NCBI GenBank assembly: GCA_031835245.2
Contig: JAVKOQ020000088.1
Span: 1 to 64,000, forward strand
Origin: Balamuthia mandrillaris
Lineage: Eukaryota
Reading direction: 5' to 3'
DNA: 64,000 nucleotides
Both the position numbers and the translations under genes were made by a program. The notes below the pieces were generated by a model. That model searched no databases, was not told the origin of the DNA, and saw nothing but the letters and a program-made list of their open reading frames with translations. This document shows positions 1-9,093 of the stretch, piece after piece (within the stretch, counting starts at the first letter, position 1; each line of letters begins with the position of its first letter).

Positions 1-14
1 AGGAAAATACTCGC

Positions 15-2489
15 TTGCCACCGTTGAGCCAAGAATGGTTACATGAGTCGTCTTTGGCAGATGCCCTTATGTCAGCTACTCCCCCAAAGGCAACAACAAG
101 CCGTCATCGAATGAAAGGACAACAAGAGAGGATGTCAGAAGAAGAGGAAGAGGAAGATGAAGACGAAGAGCAACAAGAAGAAGAAGAAGAAGAAGAAGAA
201 GAAGAAGCGATGATGGAGGAAGATCCAGAGGCCTTCTTACATCCCCCACTGGATCACCAGCAATTAGAGCAAGCGGCCCAAAAGGAAGCGATAGTAGATA
301 AGCAGCATTCCGCCAAGGAAAAGTTGTTCCTCTACCGTATAAAGCTGACCCATTATTGTCCTCCCTTTACGGTGCAAGAAGCCTTGGCAGAGAACGCGTT
401 GAACTTTGCCAGTCTGAAATCCTTGAAAGGCATGCGCATTTCTACCAGCATCAACCTTTCTGGACCTTTGGAGGATGTTAGGCGGTTGGTGCTCGCTGTT
501 CGTCGCTGCTTGATGAAGGAAGCGCAACAACAGAATACTCTGCTGGAGTTGGATCCTTTGGACAGAAAGGTCTGGAAGACACGCATTCATCATCCGGTTC
601 GTTCTCAGCTGGAGCGAGTGTGGCCGCACATCGCAGTGGAAAAATCCAAAAAACCTGAGCGAAGACGAAGCAAAAGCAGCAGCAGCAGCACCAAAAGCAA
701 GAACAAGAGTACAGCTAGCAGCTCTGCTACAGTTAACATGCCAGCAGGCCAGTTATCCGATGCAGCTGCTATTGTGCATGTCAAAGATTTGCCTGAGCTG
801 GATGCTATATCACCACTCGCAGCTGATTGGTAAGTCGTTTTTTTATTTGTTTGTTTGTTTGTTTGTTTGTTTCATAGCAACAACTCACCACTTTTTCACT
901 TTTCTTTTTCTCTTTTCCTCTTTATTTCTCTCTCTCTCTTTCTCTCTTTCTCTCTCTCTCTTTTTCTCTTTCTGTTACTCTCCAGGGATTTACAATATGT
1001 GGATCAATTGGAAGACAAAACGTGGCAGCCCATCCATACAGCCTCTACCAAAGTCGGCACTACAGAAATGAAGAGGGAGAAGCATCGCGCCAAACGCCAT
1101 TCGGTTAGGCACCAAAAAGCCATGGACAAGCTGGCTCAGAAGAGCAGTGAGCTGCAGCAAGATATCTCTGTTGATGCCAGCCCCTGCATTGACTTGACAG
1201 AGTTTTTTGGGCCTGACCTTCGCTCTTTTGCTGCTGTGGACCACCAGAGTAGTAGTTTGAATGATGCAGAGTTTAGTCTTGATGATGGCAGTCGTCTGGG
1301 TGGTGGTGGTGGTGGTGGTGGTGGTGATGATGATGCAAATGCTACATCAGTTGGTGAGTTTGTAGACAAAATGGACATAGCAGCAGCAGCAACAGCAGCA
1401 ATAGCAGCAAAAAGAAAGCAGCAAAAACCAAGCTCAACAAAGCGCCCAAGAGCTATGTCATCCTCTGCTGCCTCTTCTTCTCCTGCAACAAGCAAGAAGC
1501 CACGGAAAGCAGATGATGATGTGCTGCTGAAAGAAAAGAAAAAGAAGCAAAAGCAGAAGCAAAAGCAGAAGCAGAAGCAGAAACAGAAACAGAAGCAGAA
1601 GCAAAAGCAACAGCAGAAAAAGAAGAAAAAGAAGACCACCACCAAGTCGGAGGAGTCAGAGGCGGCAGATAAGTCAGAGGAGTCAGAGCAGGAAGAGGAA
1701 AAATCCAAGAAGAAAAAGAAGCCTACAGCTTCTACCAAGTCTACTGCTCCTAGTATCAGCAGCAGCAGTAGCAATAGCAGCTCCTCAGAGAATGATGATG
1801 CTGATGCTGATGATGATGATGATGATGAGATTGCCAGTCTCATGAGTGTTGATATCACTCCTGCAACAGGTAAGAGGTGCTCATGTTTGGTGGTTACTAC
1901 AACAACCACAACATCCACTACTCCTACTCGTTTTTTTTTTCTTTTTTTCTTTTTGTTATTACTTGCTTATATCCGTCCTTTCTTTGCACAATAACAACAC
2001 ACAAATGCATCGCATCTCACTTGCATGCATGCATGCATACAGATACACCACGTGGTGGTGGTGGTGGTGGTGGTGGTGGAAATAACAAAAGCAAGACAAA
2101 TATGCCCAAGACAGCTCCATCAGCAGTTGCAGTGGATGAAGAGAGTGATGATTCCATTCTGATCGACGTGTTGGGATGTATGTATTATATTTCATTTTGT
2201 CTGTTGGTTGGAGTTTGTTTGTTGGATTGTTTGTCCTTTTCCTCTTTGTGTTTTTTTCTTTTTGGCTGTTTTGGTTGCAATTCTATCCTTATGCAGTAGC
2301 GCTCCGTCGGAGCGGCAGCTTTTTAACTCCAGTTTTGTGTTTTTACTATTCATTGTTTTTTGATTGTCTTTTGGTGTTGATTGTTTAGCGCTCCATCGGA
2401 GCGCTATCTTTTTGGTGTTTGTTTGCAGTGTTATGCCTTTGTGATTTCTCATTCCATTACTTACTGATTGTGGTTGTTGTTGTCTTATG

Positions 2490-2526
<37 letters not shown>

Positions 2527-2923
2527 ATTGTTTTAGTATCAAAGCAAACTGCTAGTGACCCAGCTAAACAAGCAGCAGCAACAGCAGAAGAAGAAGAAGA
2601 AGAAGAAGAAAAAGAAAAAGAAAAAGAAAAAGAAAAAGAAAAAGAAGAGGAACAGAGAAGCAAAGATGCTAGCAGAGACAAGGAAGAAGAAGAAGAAAAA
2701 GAAGAAGAGGAGGAAGCAGAAGAAGAAGTAGAAGAAGAAGAAGAAGCAAAAGCTGGAGAAAAAGAAGCAGAAAAACAGAAAGGAGAGGAAAACACAAGTG
2801 CATCCAAGAGCCTTAGCAACAAATCTACGCGCAAGGCTGCAGCTGCTGCCCAAAAGGCTATTGCTACTGCTGCAGCCAAATCATCTTTGCAAAGTGCTGC
2901 TGCTGCTGTGGCTGCGTCATCTA

Positions 2924-2962
<39 letters not shown>

Positions 2963-3006
2963 AAGGAGCCACAACTCGTTCACAACGCCGTAACACAGGC
3001 AGGTGA
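15..3006 (+). CDS. Orphan multi-exon protein, 5'-truncated by the window edge; acidic/basic low-complexity rich; possibly cargo or partner gene of the YR element
   Basis: Phase-consistent GT-AG joins of the listed ORFs: exons <15-829, 986-1869, 2043-2177, 2537-3006 (TGA). One globular-looking stretch (EKLFLYRIKLTHYCPPF...HIAVE) with no family recognised. Confidence 0.7.
2297..2406. repeat. Two copies of a GC-rich palindrome TAGCGCTCC(G/A)TCGGAGCG inside an AT-rich intron
   Basis: cgctccg-t-cggagcg at 2300-2314 and tagcgctcc-atc-ggagcgcta at 2386-2406, read directly from the sequence. Confidence 0.85.
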
Positions 3007-3435
3007 TCTCTTTCTCTTTTTATATTTGTTGGTTAGTTGAGTGATAGCTTGAGTTGGTTGGTTGGTTGGTTGGTTGATGGTAATAATATTGGTTAAACAA
3101 TGGATAGATAGCTGAATAGTAAAGTAATAATGGTGGTGATGGTAATAATGGTTAAGAGTGCTGAGTGAGAGTAAGTGAGTAATAGTAGTGATTGTTGTTG
3201 TAAATAATAGATAGGCAACAAAAAAAGACAACTGAGTATGAAAAGGCAATTATAAAAATGAAAAAGGAAAAAAAAGAGAAAGAAAGAAAATGATTTTAGG
3301 AAAGAAAAGGAAAAACAAAACAAGTAACCACATAGTTCTCATTTAGTTTTATCATCTCTTTATTCATTCATCCTCAATTACTAACTTCTTGTTTCTTTTG
3401 TTTCACAATTTGTTGTTTGTGTTTGTGTCTACTAT

Positions 3436-3467
<32 letters not shown>

Positions 3468-3624
3468 TTAACAAACAGAAGATAATCTATCTATTCCTGC
3501 TGCCTTTGACCAACCTCCACCAATAAACAACAACAATAACAACAACAACAACAACAACAACAAAGAAGTAGCAGTAGCAAAAACAATAGTAGCAACAGCA
3601 GCAAAAGAAGAGGATGATGAAATA

Positions 3625-4872
3625 ATGATTGTCTCAATATCATCATCATCATCATCATCATCCTTATCCACAACATCTCTCTATCATCACTTGCCTCCCT
3701 ATCAGGCTCTGGACTCTCGCTCTTTCATTCGCAAGCAGTTTTTGGATCATTATTGGTTAAAAACACCACCATCAGCTACCACCCTTGATTCTGCTCCAGT
3801 TATTGCTACTGTTGATAACCCTGCAGAACTCTGTTCACCTCCTTTTTCTGCATCACCCTTTTCATCTACCACCACCACCACCACCGCCACCACCACCGCC
3901 ACTATTACCACCACAGCATCAACAACCCAAACACAACCACGACAACAACAACCGAAAAGGATGATTTCTTCTTCTGGTTCTTCTTCTTCATTTGCTTCTT
4001 CTTCTTCTTCTTCTTTTTCTTCTTCTTCTTCTTCTTCAACAAATTCAGAGTCCTTTGTCTTTGAGAACAATGAAGATGTTATGGATAGCGGTAGCAATTG
4101 TAATTTATTGTCATTATCATCATCCTCATTAGACGGAGGAGGAGGAGGAGCAGAAACAGATATAGATGCAACAAGTAAAACAACAGCCACACCAACGTTG
4201 ATAGATTTGTTGTTGTTGACCGACGACAAAGAAGAAGAAGAAGAAGAAGAAGAAGAAGAAGATAAAGAAAAACACAAAGAAGAAAAACAAGAAAAGAAGA
4301 AAAGAGATAACCAACATATTGGAGCTAGAACAGCAAATGATAATACTGATGATACCACACATGGCAGCAGTAGTCGTAACGGTGGTGATGGTGCTGGCAG
4401 ACGTCTTTCTCGTGCTATCACATTGATGAACCATTTGTCAGAAGAGCGCTGGACAGAGTTGACAGCAGTGACGAGTCGATGGAGCCCTTCGACCCAACGT
4501 AAACATGCTTGGACTTTGGCCATCTGGGAAGCGCATTGTGCACATCATCAATGTTTGCCAGCTCTTCCTTTGAATCTCCAACGCCATAATGTAGGAGCCT
4601 TTGTTCAATGGTTGATTTTGGATGTGGGGTATGCCTTGAGCTCTGTGCGTGATGTCATGATTGCCAGTCTTTATCGTTTGCATGATGAAAGTATCCAACA
4701 ACAGCTTGATACCCTTGCTGCCTCCTCCTCCTCCTCCTCCTCCTCCTCCTCCTCCACTTCCTCTGTTTCTTCCATCTCTTCATCCCCAGCATCATCACCT
4801 ACTTCTATTATCACCACAACCAGCAGGAATGCTTCTCCTCTATCCAAAACCCTTCTTGGTGATGGTGTCACT

Positions 4873-4924
<52 letters not shown>

Positions 4925-5268
4925 GACGCACGACAGCAATGATGGCAACAGATCATGCCTACTTGTTGTTGCTAAAGAACCAAATGGATGCCATCAAAGA
5001 TCAAGTCAAACAGGCCATTCGGCATTGCAAAAGAGCCAAACCCTCCTGTTCTAGCAAACAATTGTGCAAAGATGCTTGTTTGCTGGATGACGTCTTGCAT
5101 ATCATCGCATCCACTCCAGATGGACTGGTGAGCAAAGCTGGTGAAGCCAGTTGTTGGTTACACAGTGTTTGTACTGGTGCCAGAGCCATTACAGCAGCAA
5201 ACATTCGTTTGGGTGATATTGTGGCATTTCGACCTAAACTTTCATCCTCCTTTTCCAACAACAACAAT

Positions 5269-5314
<46 letters not shown>

Positions 5315-6138
5315 GCCGCAGCAGCAGCAGCAGCAACATCAGCTGTCACCACCAAGAGGATGCCTTTTCTCCTCCTCTTTATTTCCTTTCTTTGCGCCAA
5401 CAAGTCACCAAAGGAATACCAAATCATTGGAATCATGTCGTTACTTTTGAAGGTTATTTAACACCACCACCACCACCACCACCACCACCACCAGGAGGAA
5501 TATCTTCATCATCACCATCCCCGTTATCCTCATTGCCACTTAGCACCACTACTACCACCTCTACCATCACGACCGCTGCTGCATCAACAACATCAACCGC
5601 TGGAGTTTGTCTTGGAGATTTTATTTACTGGCTAAACAAGCATCTGCTGTGCAAGCATGGTTTGGATTTGCGAGAGTTTCACAACTGGTGCTTGACAGAC
5701 AAACAAAAACAAACATCATTATGGGGATGGTCACGCGATACTTTGAATGCCAAGCTGCAAGACCGCGCTGTTCGGGCTGGTTATCCTGAAGGGTTATTCT
5801 CCTTTCACTCCTTACGTGCTGGCTTCCTTTGCACTGCCTTGATCTTGGAGGGACTGCAGGAAGGGCATAGTCAGAACAATGTACTGGATACCACTGCCCT
5901 TATCGCAGGTTGGGTACCTCGTGGTAGATCTCAGCAAGTCTACGTCAAGGATACATTAAAACGTGCTATTGTGGCCAATCGCTTGGTTAGCAATGTTACC
6001 ACCCTTCATCCTTCTTCTTCTTCTTCTTCTTCTTCTTCTTCTTCTTCTTCTGCTGCTGCTGCTGATCATCATTCTCCTGGGCCTCGACATTGTGGTTTGT
6101 TATTCATCTGATTTTTTGTTTTTCTTTTGTTTTTTCTT

Positions 6139-6179
<41 letters not shown>

Positions 6180-7673
6180 TCTATAAACCACCTGTGCTTA
6201 CTTTTTCTCTTTGTGGTTTTTTTTATCCTCACTCCCTTGCAGTGATTGCTCCAGAGCTAGTTACCAAAGAAGCATTTCACAATCTATCCCCAGAGGCTTT
6301 GCAACAATCCAAGTGGTCTGCAGATACCAACTATCAGAGTTTTATCCATGCTGTTCGCCAACGGTTTGTTTGTTTGTTTGTTTGTTTGTTTGTTTTTTTT
6401 TTGTTGCCCTTTGCTTGTTGTTGTTTGTTTGTTGGTTTGTTTGTTTGCTGGTTTGTTTTGTTTGGATGGTATCTACCACTATCTATCAATCTATTCAGTC
6501 ATGGCTTGTTTGTTTGCTTGCTTGCTTGCTTGTTTGCATTCAAAAATGCACCTTTAGACTCAGCGCTCAGCTCGAACGCAGAGGTTTATTGTAGCAGCAA
6601 CAACATTCATGGTCTAAACAATAATTGTTCTGATGGATTGGTGTTGGTCTATTTGTTCTTCTTTTGACATTGCATCATTTATTCACACTTTGTTTTTTGT
6701 CTCTTTTTCTTTCTTTCTTTCTTTCTCATTCTTTCTTTTTCTCTTTTTCTCTTTTTCTTTCTTTTTCTTTCTTTTACACTGCTTCTTTAGTTTCATGAAA
6801 CGAACAGATTTACCAACCAAAGATCAACAAATACGATTTTATCGCTCCTTGTGGCTTGAATGTTGTACTGCTTGGGTAGACAAAGATGAGTTTGACAAGG
6901 ATGTGTTAGCTGAAGCTGCAGCAACTTATGAGGCCAAAAACAAATCTCCTCTTCATTGGCCCAATATTCATCATCAGCTTTGCCGTCAACATATCTCTGG
7001 CATTCTACAAGGTTTTTTCAGTGGCTTGAATGAGCTGGTGGATGAGTTTGTAGCTCCTGTACTTCCCAAGTTGGTCAACGGATCACCCATTCACAAAGCA
7101 TTCCTCACCTCTCGTCATCAAGAGCAGCCATTCTTACCTACTTTTCCTAATGATGATGTTCTGAAAAAAAACGATGATAACGATGATGATGATGAAAGGA
7201 ATCATAACTCAAAAGAAAAAACACCACCACGACAACGAGTTCGCAGAGCACTTCAGCAGCGACAACAAATGTTATCCAATCGACTCAAATATCAGAAGAA
7301 TGGTCATCGACAACGGATTGCTTGGCAGACACCAGAAATCCGTAGACTTGTCACTTGGCGCTTGCGTGATGGATGGTCTTGGTTGGAGATTGCCAAACAC
7401 TTGCCTACCCAACGCCGAACCAACAATGATTGCTATGACAAATGGCGCAATCTCCTCACAGAATTCTTCAACAATCTCGATGCTTTAAAAGACAAATACT
7501 TGGTGGCCCATGATGAGGACTTTGACACACCGGATGACAACCATGCTTCCCTCCCATCATCTCCTACTTCTACTACTACCACTACAGTCATATCCATCTT
7601 GGATGAAGAGGAAGAAACAAAGGAGAATGATGATGATGATGATGATGATGATATTATGATTATATCCAGTTAG
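3625..7673 (+). CDS. Tyrosine recombinase (integrase family) with N-terminal core-binding domain and C-terminal Myb/SANT (telobox-like) domain, ~1157 aa, 3 exons
   Basis: Exons 3625-6094, 6243-6363, 6791-7673 join in frame (3474 nt). Motifs: SPSTQRKH..W...C...V..FVQWL...Y..SSV (core-binding); TGAR (R, 5182); VTKG (K, 5410); FSFHSLRAG (HxxR, 5806-5817); AGW (5911); QVY (Y, 5941); Myb W..W..RTNNDCYDKWRNL (7308-7454). Confidence 0.88.
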
Positions 7674-7811
7674 ATTATATATATATATATATTCCTATGA
7701 GAAAATTGAAAAAATTGCTACTTTGCCCCACTTTATCCGTTGGACTTATAGACTTAGAGTTTTATAGAATGGACCATGGGGAGTTGAATGCTGTAGGTTC
7801 TGAGTACCCGC

Positions 7812-7825
7812 CCCTAACCCTAACC
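7812..7825 (+). repeat. Short interstitial telomeric-type repeat CCCTAACCCTAACC
   Basis: Read directly; two full CCCTAA units plus CC (TTAGGG on the minus strand). Confidence 0.8.
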
Positions 7826-7899
7826 TTCATAGATCTAGGAGCTGTAACAATATGATATTGAATTTTAAGCCTATTAAATAGGTGAGGCACAAATATGTG

Positions 7900-9050
7900 G
7901 AAGCAACACTAAGAACACTGTATTAAGGATAAAAGAGCAGTACAGAGTGTGTATATAGGTGTGGTGTGTGTGTATGGTTTCTGGCGGGTGTGTATGGATA
8001 CATAGGAACTCTATTTATATATGTTCATGGTTCTGGAATATTTCTCAAGTCTAAATCTCTGTAACTGTGATTTGATAGGAAAGAGGTGAGAGCAACTTCA
8101 GGAGAATAAGTACGAGAGATAAGATAATCATTGTGTGTTCTTATAATGCCAACAAGCACTGCTGTTGTCTTGAACATGGAGAAGGATATTACATAGTGCA
8201 ATCCTGGTCTGATTGCTAGAAGGATGTCAGCCAACTAATCAATGGAATCTCTAAGTATAGCATTACACAAAGCAAAGAAAAACAGGAAAAAAGAAAAAAT
8301 GATTTAAAAAGTTGAAAAATAGTAAGCATAATGTGATAAGGCTGGCAAGGTTAGGAAAAATCCTTTAATAGAATAAGATTTTTATACAAGGAAAAATAGG
8401 GATAAATATTATGGAAAAGTGGTATAACTATTATAAAGAAGAAAAAGAAACTCACTTATAAAGACAGAAAATGAGGAAGACAAAATGTGAGTAAAGAGAA
8501 GGAATTCAACTGCAAAATCAATGAAAATCATTTAATTACTCATTTTGTGTTTATGGTTTTGTTTTTATTATGTGCTTTTAAATACAGGTCAAGCTGATCT
8601 TCAATATAAGAAACTTGCTCAAAGGGAGAGAGAAACACAGAGAGAGAAAAAGAGAAAAAGAGAGAGAGAGAGTGTTGTAAAATAAGAACAGGATGATAGT
8701 GGAGACAAAGTAAGTATGAGACCCAAACTTAATTTACTAAAGTAAAGAATACAAGTAAAGTATTTTGTTATAAGTTGTCTGAGAGGAAGGAAGAAGAAAC
8801 AAGGAGAGGCAGTATTTAAACTAGAAGAAAGATCCATAAAAGAACAAAGCATAAAATGGAAGAGAGAGAGAAAAGGAAACATCAAGAAAGGAGAAGGGGA
8901 AGTTTAGAGGTTTCCTCAGGTCAACAGCAGAAGGAGAACTCGGCAGAAAACAGAGCTACTATGTTGGAATTTTCCAACAAGAGAGAAAGAAAAAAAGCAA
9001 GCAAAGATGTAAAATAGATAAAAAAAAGGAAAAAAGAGATAATTGTGATA
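7900..9050 (-). pseudogene. Possible decayed minus-strand gene or TE remnant, CpG-depleted
   Basis: Short ORF 8025-8234 preceded by an in-frame TAG and an intron-acceptor-like ATACTTAG; purine-rich tracts on + resemble minus-strand introns; almost no CG dinucleotides. Confidence 0.3.
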
Positions 9051-9093
9051 AATAATAATCATGAAACAAACAATCAAAGGAAATAATCAAAAG

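Larger units (their letters stand above)
1..7825 (+). mobile_element. Putative YR-type (Crypton-like) DNA transposon; left end outside the window or undetermined, right end tentative
   Basis: Intron-containing YR gene with no RT/RNaseH nearby; microsatellite spectrum differs from the rest of the window; sequence character changes abruptly near 7.7-7.83 kb. Boundaries are inferred. Confidence 0.5.

Noticed and set aside
6364..6790. Extra exon or separate gene inside the long second intron of the YR gene
   Set aside because: Direct joining of 6363 to 6791 keeps the frame; internal ORFs derive from GTTT repeats
7812..7825. True chromosome end or telomere
   Set aside because: Only about 2.3 repeat units with genic sequence on both sides
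3625..9090. DIRS/Ngaro retrotransposon or Polinton-like virus as the source of the YR
   Set aside because: No RT (YxDD), RNaseH, gag, capsid or packaging ATPase motifs recognised, and the YR has spliceosomal introns; sequence left of the window cannot be assessed
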